A stretch of 63,970 nt of DNA, counting the filler, from Myxococcota bacterium (GTDB taxonomy: Bacteria; Myxococcota; Myxococcia; Myxococcales; Myxococcaceae): assembly GCA_049322255.1 (NCBI GenBank). It is 4 parts of 4 records of this genome, joined end to end, with 100 filler letters (N's around TTAATTAATTAA, not from the genome) between each part and the next. Parts side by side here need not be neighbours in the genome. Positions count along the whole stretch, not along the records: positions 1 to 18,287 come from JBMORE010000088.1; positions 18,388 to 36,646 come from JBMORE010000089.1; 2 more parts are not named here. One strand, written 5' to 3'. Of this stretch, positions 13,501 through 22,821 are shown piece by piece. Under the pieces are notes generated by a model. The model was not told the DNA's origin. It was given only the letters and a program-made list of their open reading frames with translations, and did not search any database. The translations under genes were made by a program, and so were the position numbers. Positions within the stretch are counted from its first letter, which is position 1; each line of letters starts with the position of its first letter.

Positions 13501-13544
13501 AGCGCAACGATGGAGACGACGGTCGTCAGCCTGATGAGGTTCAT
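10527..13544 (-). CDS. Large lipoprotein with alpha/beta-hydrolase (lipase-like) domain
   Basis: Lipobox LAAC; HG oxyanion motif, GGSLGG nucleophile, GDMNVP Asp, KHGF His; several DxD/NxD/NG Ca-binding loops. Confidence 0.8.
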   Translation of the reverse strand: MNLIRLTTVVSIVALAACAPSPEAEGLRLTDEGVGARVKFDLYARPLPEIPIPNDFATRYDPTSPTKRRINASQVADTEWERVVRKDLDQLDGWGTFSAISVGFEKPLDVEVIFERHRDDYDFSNDAVYVLNITPDSPDFCQAVPLDMGEGNFPLTIERPDKYYPNDPRGHLSQIVFDEVEEDKNGNGVLDLGEDTDMDGVLDHPNLRFKDGNPRTDLLTFYERETNTLLLRPLMPMREGTTYAAVLTKRLRDEDGHVVRSPFKYINYTAQTEALSPLPECLGKYGLSIDDVSFTWSFTTQSITHPLRVVRDGLYGLGPMAYLERDFPPEELRLHKVRSQGGDNLTIVPGEDFVALAKTLLPQLNKGKIEPEVLEMIDSYKFVGFHAVGSFESPQFFPRTDAEGNMLPLYEQVWKLDPLTGEAFVRPERVTFWLTVPRPEYSRRPAPLVIVSHGYTSNNLEMVIYAGYFARHGIATISIDCVSHGLELDDTDTQIARAVFKGHNLEPMIDALMAYPRAHDWNRDGRPDSASDFWTAYVFHTRDVVRQSAVDYMRLVRLIQTFDGARRWRFDVDKDGTPELAGDFDGDGLVDIGAGASMAVTGGSLGGIMSSVLSGIEPKIDVGVPVAGGGGLTDVGIRSIQGGVAEAVNLRTFGPLMLTLPDTEGKLELWQYIPEREKLGKMKVQPFDVPLQGGDTAVLKNLKTGDYRCGPVLGGGLFRVGVSSDEGDPLQLELYSGTLPPQPRQGCSIPEAAQPSAVINTFSLEVTFQGRTIPAGSPLVAIGDGFGIRRSTPEMRRFMQIAQVILDPADPVNFAPYFEHWHLRLGTGEESGARVVVVNTIGDMNVPVSTGTAIARAAGFIDFQHPDPRWGKTPNRVLIDTGVLEATEVTNRYINSSGESVLMDVDYLAAVGTGVDGFDVPRLDPPLRLVSHSNRAGGFSGVLFPFPRPTGKHGFDSPDSSDPFNLGGFMLNLLGRYATSKGREFSFDPCHIDSSCAWVPPVPAE

Positions 13545-13557
13545 GGTTCTACGCTCC

Positions 13558-15234
13558 CTAAATGCCCACACCCAGACGAAGCCGGCCCACCACCACTGGA
13601 GGCAGGTTGCCACCTCCCGGGAGGGCGAAGGCATCGCCGGGTAAGAAGTAGCCGCCCTCCGCGGTGGCGGTGACGGTGGTCGTCGCGTGGGGCTTCCACC
13701 GGGCCTGTACCCCGACGTCGAGCTCGGTGCCCAAGTGGCGCCCGGGCTCTCCGCCCCAGGCGTTGAGCGGACCGCCGCCGTTCACCCGCGAGGTGAAGGG
13801 GTCGATCATCCGCGCCGTGGAGAAGGCAAAGAGCGGACCGCCGTACACGTCGAGCCACTCCTCGATGCCGTAGCGCAGGCGGGGGAAGAGGTACCAAGCC
13901 CCGGTGACCGCGCCGCGGGTGGGGAGCAGATGAACGCCCTCCGGAGCAACCCCCACCAGGTTGGGGTCGGAGGCGCGGGCGGCGCTGCGGGCCGACTGCC
14001 AACCCAGCACCTGGTCGAACAACACCAGCCCGGCGTGGTAGTCGGGATCGAAGCGGAAGTTCTCCAGGCGGTCATCGAAGGGGTTCTGGTCGCCCGAGGC
14101 GTAGCCGAAGTCGAAGAACGCCGTCAGATTTCCACTCTCCGCCGCCGTCCTCACCGCCGCCCCCAGCTGCTGCACCTGCATCACCGGGGCGGTGTCGGAG
14201 CGCGTCTGGGTGCTGGTGCCGCTGATGCTCACCAGCTCGAAGCCAAGGCTGACGTTGTCGCGGCCCTTCTTGCCGAAGAGCCACTTGCCGGCGAGGTCGA
14301 CCACGAAAGCATCGGTCTGGCGGCCACCGTCGGTGACTCCCTCGGCCCGTTGGCGGCGAAGCACGCTGTAGACGCCGAAGTAATGATCGGCGTCGACGGC
14401 GAAGCGCAGCGCGAAGATTCCTTGTAGGGCGCGGTCTCCTGCGAAGAAGTCGGCGGTGTCGTCGCGCATCACCAGGTCGATGCCCACCGCCGGCTCGATG
14501 GCGCGGAAGGCGCCCCCCAAGCCAAAGAGCGGTCGGCCCGCCAGGAGCACGCGGTAGGAGATGTCTCCGAAGTAGGCGTCGCCGAAGTCTCCCACCTCGG
14601 CGTCTTTGGCGCCGTTGTTGGCCACCAGCCCCAAGCCCCATTGAGCCCCCTGCTGCCCGGCCCGCACGACCCAGGTGGCTCCCTTGTATTCGCCGTAGAG
14701 CTGCCGCAGGTCGAGGGCACGGAACCCGGGGTTGGGCATGCGCGGAGCGACCAGCTCGCTGGGAGGCAACCCGCTGATCGCCCCCGAGGCACCATCGATT
14801 TCGCCGATGAGGCCGAAGCCGCCGTAGCGCGCCTCGGCCGACAGGCGGAGCCGCTCCTCGACGGGTGTGGGCGACAGCGGCGTGCCCAGGGTGTCGACGG
14901 GGAAGGCGCTGCTGCCCAGCGCTCCCACCCGCAAGGAGGCGGAGACCTTGGTGGTGAGCTTGGACCCTTCGACGGCTGCCGGTGGCTCCGAGGGGCGGCG
15001 CACGCCGACGTCGGCGGTCGGGCCGGCCGGCTTGGGAGCAGGGGCTGGCACCACCGCTGGCACAGGTGTCACTGCGGGCACGGGGGCGTTTTCAGCTTTA
15101 GGCGCCTCGTCAGCGGGAGTTCGGGCGAGCTCTGCCGGGGCTTCTTCGCCGGGGTTGGCGGGCTTGGGTTGCTCCGACTGCGCGCTCGCCACGGTGGGGA
15201 CGAGCACGGACAGGACCAGGAGGGCGTTTCGCAT
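13558..15234 (-). CDS. Putative outer-membrane beta-barrel protein
   Basis: Signal peptide, Pro/Ala linker, amphipathic strands, GYASGD and LGTELD motifs reminiscent of alginate-export-like barrels. Confidence 0.7.
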   Translation of the reverse strand: MRNALLVLSVLVPTVASAQSEQPKPANPGEEAPAELARTPADEAPKAENAPVPAVTPVPAVVPAPAPKPAGPTADVGVRRPSEPPAAVEGSKLTTKVSASLRVGALGSSAFPVDTLGTPLSPTPVEERLRLSAEARYGGFGLIGEIDGASGAISGLPPSELVAPRMPNPGFRALDLRQLYGEYKGATWVVRAGQQGAQWGLGLVANNGAKDAEVGDFGDAYFGDISYRVLLAGRPLFGLGGAFRAIEPAVGIDLVMRDDTADFFAGDRALQGIFALRFAVDADHYFGVYSVLRRQRAEGVTDGGRQTDAFVVDLAGKWLFGKKGRDNVSLGFELVSISGTSTQTRSDTAPVMQVQQLGAAVRTAAESGNLTAFFDFGYASGDQNPFDDRLENFRFDPDYHAGLVLFDQVLGWQSARSAARASDPNLVGVAPEGVHLLPTRGAVTGAWYLFPRLRYGIEEWLDVYGGPLFAFSTARMIDPFTSRVNGGGPLNAWGGEPGRHLGTELDVGVQARWKPHATTTVTATAEGGYFLPGDAFALPGGGNLPPVVVGRLRLGVGI

Positions 15235-15321
15235 AAGGGTGGCGCGATAGCAGGGTCGGGGCCGTTGAAACAAGTGGGGAGCATTTGCCTAAGGCCCGGT
15301 CCACGCGCTACGAGCGGCGGC

Positions 15322-17459
15322 ATGATTCTTCGACTGTCGTTTCTGGCCGCCCTGCTTGCCCAAGGGGCCGCCCACGCCGAACGGGTGAAGGCGACCCTCT
15401 ACCACTTCAACCTCCAGTACGTGGCAGGAGGGATGCAAAACTACCCGGACGGCAAGAGCCGCGACCCCAATTACAACCTCTCCGAAGAGCAGGTGGAAGA
15501 CCTCATCGTCGTGGAGTCCTTCGCGCCGCTCTTGAAAATCTTCCTCCGTCACCCGACGTGGAAGGCGGACTTGGAGATGCAGGGGCTCTTCGTGGAGGTG
15601 CTCGCCGCCCGCCACCCCCAGGTGCTGGAGGACTTACGCACCTTGGCGATGCGCGGACAAATCGAGCTGGNNNNNNNNNNNNNNNNNNNNNNNNNNNNNN
15701 NNNNNNNNNNNNNNNNNNNNNNNNNNNNNNNNNNNNNNNNNNNNNNNNNNNNNNNNNNNNNNNNNNNNNNCTCCGTCACCCGACGTGGAAGGCGGACTTG
15801 GAGATGCAGGGGCTCTTCGTGGAGGTGCTCGCCGCCCGCCACCCCCAGGTGCTGGAGGACTTACGCACCTTGGCGATGCGCGGACAAATCGAGCTGGTGA
15901 GCTTCCACTTCAGCGACCAGCTCTTTTTGGCGTACCCGCGTCGAGACATGGAGCGCTCGCTCGCGCTCACCCGCGCCGCCTTCGCGCAGCAGGGGTTGCC
16001 GTTGTCCACGGTGGTCTTCGCGCAGGAAGGCCAGTTCAGCGAAGGTATGCTGAGCTTCATGCGCGACCACGGCCTTTCCACCGCGGTGCTCGCCAAGCAC
16101 CTCTTGGAGCATCTCGAGGGTCGTCCCGCCAGCTCGATGTTCTTCCAGGCTTTCGGGGTGGATGTGGCGCTGGCGGGGCGGGGCGGCCCTCACGCCGACC
16201 TGGAGGTGGAGTGGGACGGCCCGGAAGACGGAGAGGTCATCATCACCGGGAGCACCAACCCGTACCTGGGCTTGGAGGCCTTCCGCGCCGTTCCCGAGGA
16301 TCTGCAGAAGTGGGAGGACGATCATCTCGCCCAAGAGGCCGCCGGCGTGCGCTTCATCACCGTGAGCGAGCTTTCCGAGCTGGCCAAATCGCGGGCGCCT
16401 TTCCCCCCGCTGCCTCCCATCACCGATGGAACCTGGCGTCCCAACAGCACACGCAATGTGTGGCGCTGGATGGGCGCCGCCGGCGGCATCTTCGACGCCT
16501 TCGTACCCACCGAGAAGGACAACGCCGTGCTCAGCGGAAACGTTCGCGCCAGCCACACCCTGCGGGCCTGCGAAGTGGTGGCCGAATGGGCGAAGAGCCG
16601 CCCGGGGGCAGCGGAGCGGCAACAGGCGCTGGAGGAGGCCGGTCGTGAGCTGTCGCTCGCTCAAGTCTCCGACTCCACCGGTTGGAACCCCTGGCTGGGA
16701 GAGGTGAACTACTCGCTCCGCCATGCTCAGGCGGCCATCGACGCGGCCATCCGCTGCATCGATCACCCGGCGCTGCGCGGTGCGGCCACCCGACGGGTGG
16801 ACCTGGCGACGGGGGAGGTGGAGGACGACCCCAAGCGGGCGGAGCTGGCGGGAGAGCCGATCGACCCGCTCTTCGACGTTCAGGTGTCGGCACCCGGGCG
16901 GCCCACCTCGGTGCGGTGGCGAAGACTGGCGGAGGACCGGGTCGAGCTCTTGGCGGAATTCGACGTGGGCGAAACCGCTCAGCGAGCGATTTCGATGCGC
17001 TTCCCCTTGCAGCACGACCGCATCGCGTTCATGTCGGCGCTCGACGAGGAGCGCTGGGTCGACTACCCGGCCTCGGCGTTCGGCGCTCCCGAGCACACCC
17101 TGCCGCTGCCTACCGGGCTGGTGGCGCTGGGTCCCAACCGGTACCTCATCAAGGACACCCGCGAAGTCCACTTGGCCGCGCTGGTGCGGCCCGCTGAACA
17201 AGTGGTGGAGTTTCTCGACAACTCCGGACGGCTCGACGAGCCACAGCGCTGGCGCTTCGAAGTGGTCGATGGCGAGCTGAGCCGTGCCATGGCTGTCGCC
17301 GCGCAGGTAAATCTCACCCCGGTCGTGGAAGTCTCCCTCACCCCCAAGGAAGGCTGCGGGTGCGGCCAGGCGCGCTCGGAGAGCCTGGCAAGCGTGGCGC
17401 TGGGGTGGGTCGCCCTGCTCGGAATGGCGCGCTTGCTCCGCGGCCGGCGCATTCGATAG
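15322..17459 (+). CDS. Secreted glycoside hydrolase family 57-like protein with MYXO-CTERM-like tail (interrupted by an assembly gap)
   Basis: Signal peptide; HFNLQY, AQEGQ, EDGE, AQVSDSTGW resemble GH57 conserved regions; GCGC-TM-RR tail. The frame is continuous once the gap and duplicated 127 bp are removed. Confidence 0.7.
15671..15897. other. Scaffold gap with 127-bp duplicated overlap (assembly artefact)
   Basis: 15544-15670 repeats exactly at 15771-15897 across 100 N. Confidence 0.9.
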
Positions 17460-17471
17460 GTAGCCTTGCGC

Positions 17472-18116
17472 ATGCAGCCGCCACTCGTCGTCGGCATCGC
17501 CGGCGGGACCGCATCGGGGAAGACTACGGTCACGCGCAAGATTCACGAGGCGCTGTCCAAGTACCGGGTGGTCTTCATCGATCAAGACTCGTATTACCGG
17601 GACCTCTCCGACATCCCCCTTTCCGAGCGGCGCGAGGTGAACTTCGACCACCCCGACGCCTTCGACACCGAGCTTTTGGTGCGGCACTTGCGCGAGCTCA
17701 AGCAGGGCAGGGCGATCGACAAACCGCGGTACGACTTCGTCAGCTCCACCCGCGAGAAGCAGACGGTGGCGGTGAGCCCGGGCGACTTGGTGCTGATCGA
17801 AGGAATCTTGGTGCTGTACATCGACGCCATTCGCGCCGAGCTCGACGTGCGCATCTTCGTCGACGCCGAAGACGATGTGCGCATCATTCGGCGCCTCACC
17901 CGCGACATCAAGGAGCGCGGGCGTGACTTCGACCATGTCGTCCACCAGTACTTCCGCCACGTGCGACCGATGCACATGGGCTTCGTCGAGCCCTCCAAAC
18001 GCTGGGCGGACATCATCGTCCCCCACGGCGGCAACAACGACACCGCGATCGACATGCTGGTGAGCGCGCTGCGCGGGCGGCTGACTCCCTTTCCCCCTGG
18101 GAGAGAGGTGGGGTGA
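17472..18116 (+). CDS. udk: Uridine kinase
   Basis: GIAGGTASGKTT, QDSYY, NFDHPDAFD, EGIL, FVEPSKRWADIIVP. Confidence 0.96.
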   Translation: MQPPLVVGIAGGTASGKTTVTRKIHEALSKYRVVFIDQDSYYRDLSDIPLSERREVNFDHPDAFDTELLVRHLRELKQGRAIDKPRYDFVSSTREKQTVAVSPGDLVLIEGILVLYIDAIRAELDVRIFVDAEDDVRIIRRLTRDIKERGRDFDHVVHQYFRHVRPMHMGFVEPSKRWADIIVPHGGNNDTAIDMLVSALRGRLTPFPPGREVG

Positions 18117-18120
18117 AGGG
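18087..18120 (+). repeat. BoxC-like repeat supplying the udk C-terminus and stop codon
   Basis: CCCTTTCCCCCTGGGAGAGAGGTGGGGTGAAGGG; TGA 18114-18116 ends udk. Confidence 0.7.
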
Positions 18121-18201
18121 CAAGACCGCGCGCGGCTCGCTCTGGATCAACGGAGTGAATTCCCATATCACTGCCCCTCGCCCGCAAAGGAGCCCGCCTT
18201 C

Positions 18202-18287
18202 ATGAAGCGCTACCTAGGCATCATCGTCGCCATCGCCTTCGTCGTGGTCAGCGTGGTGTTCGCCTACAACAAGTACAAGAACAAGTC
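18202..18287 (+). CDS. 5' fragment of a membrane-anchored protein (cut by contig end)
   Basis: AAGGAG RBS, MKRYLGIIVAIAFVVVSVVFAYNKYK. Confidence 0.65.
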
Positions 18288-18387
18288 NNNNNNNNNNNNN
18301 NNNNNNNNNNNNNNNNNNNNNNNNNNNNNNNTTAATTAATTAANNNNNNNNNNNNNNNNNNNNNNNNNNNNNNNNNNNNNNNNNNNN
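18288..18387. other. Artificial contig linker
   Basis: N-run/TTAATTAATTAA/N-run with stops in all six frames. Confidence 0.97.
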
Positions 18388-18440
18388 CATGGCGGCCCAC
18401 TCTAGCCCGCAGTCCACGCGGACGGGTAACATCGCTTTTC

Positions 18441-18662
18441 ATGTACCGGCGCTACACCATTCACCGCGACGGAGACTTGCTGGTGGAAGACTTAGACCCC
18501 ACCGGCAAACCCGTCGAGCCCGAGCCCGTGCCCGTCGAAGACCGGCTCCCGGTCGAGGTGGTGGTGCTCGCTGCCGACACCGAGCAGGCCAAGGCCCAGC
18601 TGCTCGATCTGCTCGATCTGGCCTACGGCATGGAAGCCGAAGGGCCCTCCTCACTCAAGTAG
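18441..18662 (+). CDS. Small acidic hypothetical protein (73 aa)
   Basis: High-GC3 ORF, 8-bp tail overlap with the convergent gene. Confidence 0.65.
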   Translation: MYRRYTIHRDGDLLVEDLDPTGKPVEPEPVPVEDRLPVEVVVLAADTEQAKAQLLDLLDLAYGMEAEGPSSLK

Positions 18663-19347
18663 AGCTCTTCTCGGCAATCACAATCTGCAGCGCGTCGTCG
18701 TCGTCGAACGGTTTGCCGTCGAAGCTGCCGAAACGCTCGAGCGCGACGAAGCCGGCCTCTCCCAGGGAGGTGTCGATTTCCACCGGCTCGAACTGACGCA
18801 GCCGCAGACGGCGAATGGCACGCTCCTCGCGGCCGTCGGAGCGCCTTTTCCGCTCGCGCAGGTGGGGAGCAAACAGAGGCCGGCTCGCCTCGGGCAAGGG
18901 CTCGCTCACGTCCTCGCGCTCCACGTCGGCCCGCCCGCGCGCGCCCGGGTTGGTCACGTCGAAGACCAGGGCTCCTCCGGAGACGAGGTGGTGCCGCACG
19001 GTCGCCAGGAACGCCTCGAGATCTTCGCGCGAGCCCATCAACCCCAGCGCGTTCTTGGGCGCCAAGACCGTCGGGAAGCGCTGTGACAGGCGCAGCGCAC
19101 GCAGATCCGCGGCAATGAAGCGCACCCGCGAGGCGACTTCCCCGTTCTCGCGCCCCCTTCGCTCTTCGGCCGAGTGGATCATCACCTTCGCGGGGTCGAC
19201 CCCTGTCACCTCGTGGCCACGCGCCGCCAGGGCGAAGGCCAGCCGCCCGTTGGCGCACCCGAGCACCAGCACCGGTGAGCCATGCACGGCCACCTGACGG
19301 GCATAGAACGTCACGTCCGGCTCTGGTCCCACCAACGCCAGCGGCAT
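18655..19347 (-). CDS. Class I SAM-dependent methyltransferase
   Basis: DVTFY, VLVLGCANGR (variant motif I), VTGVD, ADLR, HLVSGGALVFDV. Confidence 0.8.
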   Translation of the reverse strand: MPLALVGPEPDVTFYARQVAVHGSPVLVLGCANGRLAFALAARGHEVTGVDPAKVMIHSAEERRGRENGEVASRVRFIAADLRALRLSQRFPTVLAPKNALGLMGSREDLEAFLATVRHHLVSGGALVFDVTNPGARGRADVEREDVSEPLPEASRPLFAPHLRERKRRSDGREERAIRRLRLRQFEPVEIDTSLGEAGFVALERFGSFDGKPFDDDDALQIVIAEKSST

Positions 19348-19448
19348 TCGATGCTGCGTAGCATGCAACCGGTGTACGGGGAGAACCCGTTTGCCCTTTT
19401 GAGGGAAGCTCTGTGCCCACCTTCTCGCGCCCAAGGCCGTAGGGACCG

Positions 19449-19464
19449 TGGCACCGGCATTGCT
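19449..19464 (+). promoter_or_regulatory. Sigma54 (-24/-12) promoter
   Basis: TGGCACCGGCATTGCT fits TGGCAC-N5-TTGCW with exact GG-N10-GC spacing. Confidence 0.7.
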
Positions 19465-19477
19465 CACGACTGGGGCG

Positions 19478-20866
19478 ATGACGGGACGAGGCTGGGTAGG
19501 GGCGGTCGGAGTGGGCGTGGCGGCGCTCGTATGGGGAGCGTGCCGCGAGGAAGAGCGCGTGCACCCAGAGCCCGGCGGGCTGCTGGAGGTCCATGCGGAC
19601 AGCGCAGATGCAGCCACCCACCTCCCCGACGCCGGAGTGTCGCCCACCGACGCTGGGGCCGACGCCGGCCTTCGGGATGCTGGCGTCTTGGACGCCGGTG
19701 CACCGGACGCGGGCGTCGACGCGGGCACCATCGTTCTCCCTTCGGCGAGCGGCTGGCAGTTCTTCGGCCCCCAGCACGGAGGCCCCCGCGAGGTGTACGG
19801 GGTCTCCAGCGACGCCACGGGCAATCTGTGGGTGGCCGGGGGGGACGAAGGACTGTTCTTGCTTGCGCCGGGCGCGACCTCCTTCCGCCGCTTCACCGTC
19901 GCCGACGGACTGACCCCTTACGTGGACGCGGCGGGGGTGCAACCGCAGAAGGTGCTCTCGGTGCGCGGGGGCCCGGCCCACACGGTCTTCGTCGGCTACG
20001 AAGGACGCTTCGGTGGGCTCGACCTCAACGACCCACCCGACCTGTTGAAGAGCGGCGACGCCGACAAGGTGGTTTTCAACGGCGCCGGCATCACCGTGAG
20101 CCACTTCGACATCGCCACTCCCCCCGGCGACCCCAACTACCCTACCGGGCGCGACCTGGTGCGCACCATCAACCGCATTCTCTACGACCGGGCCTCCGGC
20201 GACGTGTGGTTCGGCGGCAACCACGGCGTGGCGTTGTGGCACGGAACCTACAAGCGCATTCAGGAGCATCAGCACGCGGCGATCAACGGCTACACCGGCA
20301 CCGGCGCCTACACCCTGCTCTCGGGAGACTGGTACGGCATCGGGCTCGACCCCAGCGGAGACCTCTGGTTCGGCGGTGGCCACCGGCTGGCCCGCTTGCA
20401 GTTCGGCGCCAACCGGAGCTTCTGGGGTCCGGTCGAGCCCATCATCGACGTCTGGCCCGACGCGGTGGAGGACGACGGCCGTCCCGACCAGCGCACCGAC
20501 GACTTCGTGCAGGACCTCGCCGTCGCCTCCAACGGCGCGGTGTTCATCGGCTCCATCCCCAACGGGTTGGCGGTGGTGAGCCCGGGGGCGACCGTCGCCT
20601 CCTTCTTCGACAAGCGGCTCTTCGTCGACCCCAAGGTGACCGCGCTCGAAATCGACCCTGCCGATGGCTCGGTGTGGGTGGGCCACATCTACGGCGGCCT
20701 CACCCGGCTGCAAGGCGGCCAGTACGTGCACTACTCGCTCGATGTCTTCGGCGAGCAGCTCATCGAGGGCGCGGTTCCCGACATCCAGAGCGACGTCGTC
20801 GGCGGGCAGCGGCGCATCTTGGTCGCCTTCGGCGCGGGCGCCATCGGCGTGTACACCGGCAAGTAG
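19478..20866 (+). CDS. Lipoprotein with DAG-repeat linker and beta-propeller (two-component-regulator-propeller-like)
   Basis: WGAC lipobox, PDAG repeats, recurrent DxxGNLWV/GDVWFG/GDLWFG blades. Confidence 0.8.
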   Translation: MTGRGWVGAVGVGVAALVWGACREEERVHPEPGGLLEVHADSADAATHLPDAGVSPTDAGADAGLRDAGVLDAGAPDAGVDAGTIVLPSASGWQFFGPQHGGPREVYGVSSDATGNLWVAGGDEGLFLLAPGATSFRRFTVADGLTPYVDAAGVQPQKVLSVRGGPAHTVFVGYEGRFGGLDLNDPPDLLKSGDADKVVFNGAGITVSHFDIATPPGDPNYPTGRDLVRTINRILYDRASGDVWFGGNHGVALWHGTYKRIQEHQHAAINGYTGTGAYTLLSGDWYGIGLDPSGDLWFGGGHRLARLQFGANRSFWGPVEPIIDVWPDAVEDDGRPDQRTDDFVQDLAVASNGAVFIGSIPNGLAVVSPGATVASFFDKRLFVDPKVTALEIDPADGSVWVGHIYGGLTRLQGGQYVHYSLDVFGEQLIEGAVPDIQSDVVGGQRRILVAFGAGAIGVYTGK

Positions 20867-20924
20867 GCAGCCGAGCTTTTTGAATTGCTGGTGCGCTACG
20901 GCCGGGGGCGTAGAATCGCCGTCG

Positions 20925-22277
20925 ATGGCCAGCGCCAAGATTCCCACGCACACCGTTCTGGGCACGCGCGCCAAGCTCGATCGGTTGGGGACCCAGGAGT
21001 ACCACCTCGTCCTGATCAACACCGACAAGGCAGGCACCGCCTATCCTCTCGAAAACACCCTGCGCATCGGCAAGGCCACCGACAACGACGTGGTGATCGA
21101 CCACCCCACGGTGAGCCGCAACCACCTCGAGGTACGCCGGCAAGGCGACCGCTTCTTGGTGCAGGACCTGGGCTCGACCAACGGGACCTTCATCGACGGC
21201 GCCCAGGTGCGCGAGGCGTACCTGCGACCGGGCGCACTGCTCGAGGTGGGGGACGTGCAGCTGCGTTTTCAGCCCCAGGTGGCCGAGGTACAAATCGACC
21301 CCACCACCGAGCACCGCCTGGGGGACTTGGTGGGCAAGAGCGTGCCGATGCGGCAGATTTTCGCGCTGCTGCAGCGCATCGCCCCTACCGACTCGACGCT
21401 CCTACTCGTCGGCGAGACGGGCACCGGCAAGGGCGCGGCGGCGAAGACCATTCACCAGCTCTCTCCACGGGCGGGCGGCCCCTTGGTGGTGTTCGACTGC
21501 GCCTCGGTCTCCGCCTCGTTGGTGGAGAGCGAGCTGTTCGGCCACGAGAAGGGTGCCTTCACCGGCGCCATATCGCAGCGCGTGGGCTGCCTGGAGCGCG
21601 CCGACGGAGGCACCCTCTTTCTCGACGAGATTGACGACTTGCCGCTCGACCTGCAGCCCAAGCTGTTGCGCGCGCTGGAGGACCGGGAGTTCCGCCGCCT
21701 GGGCGCCTCGAGCGCCTCCATCCACTTCGACACCCGGGTGATCGCCGCCTCGAAGAAAGACCTGTGGGCGGAAACCCAAGCGGGCCGCTTCCGCGAAGAC
21801 CTTTATTTCCGCCTCTCGGTGTTCACCGTTCTTCTGCCCGCGCTGCGCGACCGAATGGAGGACGTCTCGCTCCTGGTCGACGCCTTCGCCGGCACCCCCT
21901 TGTGGGAGCGGCTCCCCGAGCAGGTGCGCGAGCAGTTCATGAGCCACACCTGGCCAGGCAACGTCCGCGAGCTGCGCAACGCCCTCGAGCGCGCGCGGCA
22001 CTTCGCCGACATTCCCGAGCTGGCGAGCGACGCCCTCTTGCGCGACGTCAGCGTCCCCCAAAGCGGCCAGGCCGACTCGCTGCCGGTGAGCTACGCCGGC
22101 CCCTTCAAGGAGTGCAAGGACGAGCTGGTGCGCGGGTTCGAGAAGGAGTACCTCACCCGGCTGCTCTCCCGCTGCAAGGGCAACGTGGCCAAGGCCGCCC
22201 GAGAGGCCAACCTGGATCGCAAGCACCTCTACTCTTTGCTGCACAAGTACGCTCTGGTGCAGAGCGAGGTGGAGTGA
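20925..22277 (+). CDS. FHA-domain sigma54-dependent transcriptional activator
   Basis: FHA (VSRNH, DLGSTNGT), GETGTGK, GAFTGA, LFLDEI, WPGNVREL, Fis-type HTH. Confidence 0.95.
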   Translation: MASAKIPTHTVLGTRAKLDRLGTQEYHLVLINTDKAGTAYPLENTLRIGKATDNDVVIDHPTVSRNHLEVRRQGDRFLVQDLGSTNGTFIDGAQVREAYLRPGALLEVGDVQLRFQPQVAEVQIDPTTEHRLGDLVGKSVPMRQIFALLQRIAPTDSTLLLVGETGTGKGAAAKTIHQLSPRAGGPLVVFDCASVSASLVESELFGHEKGAFTGAISQRVGCLERADGGTLFLDEIDDLPLDLQPKLLRALEDREFRRLGASSASIHFDTRVIAASKKDLWAETQAGRFREDLYFRLSVFTVLLPALRDRMEDVSLLVDAFAGTPLWERLPEQVREQFMSHTWPGNVRELRNALERARHFADIPELASDALLRDVSVPQSGQADSLPVSYAGPFKECKDELVRGFEKEYLTRLLSRCKGNVAKAAREANLDRKHLYSLLHKYALVQSEVE

Positions 22278-22280
22278 CGA

Positions 22281-22715
22281 ATGCCGCGCTGGCTCTTCGC
22301 CGCCGTCGGCGTGCTCTCGGCCTGCGGCGGGCCCTCGGTGTCCGCCTCGGACATCACCTGCGACGTCTTGCGCCAAGACGCGGCGGGCACCTGGTACATC
22401 GTCAACGTCGCCGCGCGTTTCAGCGGGCCGGAAGGGGCGACCCTCGCCACCGCGATGTCGCGCTGCGGCCAGCTTTCTTCCAACTTCTGGTCCACCACCT
22501 GCCAGGAGTGGGCAAGCGACGGCTCCTCCGGCTGCACGCGCAGCAAAGACAACCCTGAGGTGGGCAGCCTGGAGGCGAAGGTGAGCAACGTGCTCGCCTC
22601 TCCCGGGCAAACGCTCACCTGCGAGGCGACCTTCACCCTCACCGTCGCCGGGAAGACCCCCACCGCTCCCCGGGAGAAGCTCGCCGAGGAAAAGAAGGCC
22701 TTTTCCTGCCGATGA
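22281..22715 (+). CDS. Hypothetical Cys-containing lipoprotein
   Basis: LSAC lipobox, 3 bp after the activator gene. Confidence 0.75.
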   Translation: MPRWLFAAVGVLSACGGPSVSASDITCDVLRQDAAGTWYIVNVAARFSGPEGATLATAMSRCGQLSSNFWSTTCQEWASDGSSGCTRSKDNPEVGSLEAKVSNVLASPGQTLTCEATFTLTVAGKTPTAPREKLAEEKKAFSCR

Positions 22716-22821
22716 ACCGCCCAGGGCCCCACCGCCCCTCGCGCGGCCACGTGGTAGAGTGCCTCGGCTTGGGTCCTGCTGAACCGCCGCAGAGGTTTTT
22801 GCCGAGCTACGGGGTGCGCCC

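Noticed and set aside
15544..15897. 127-bp tandem duplication and apparent frameshift in the GH57-like gene
   Set aside because: Exact duplication across a 100-N gap matches an unmerged k-mer overlap; collapsing it restores one frame
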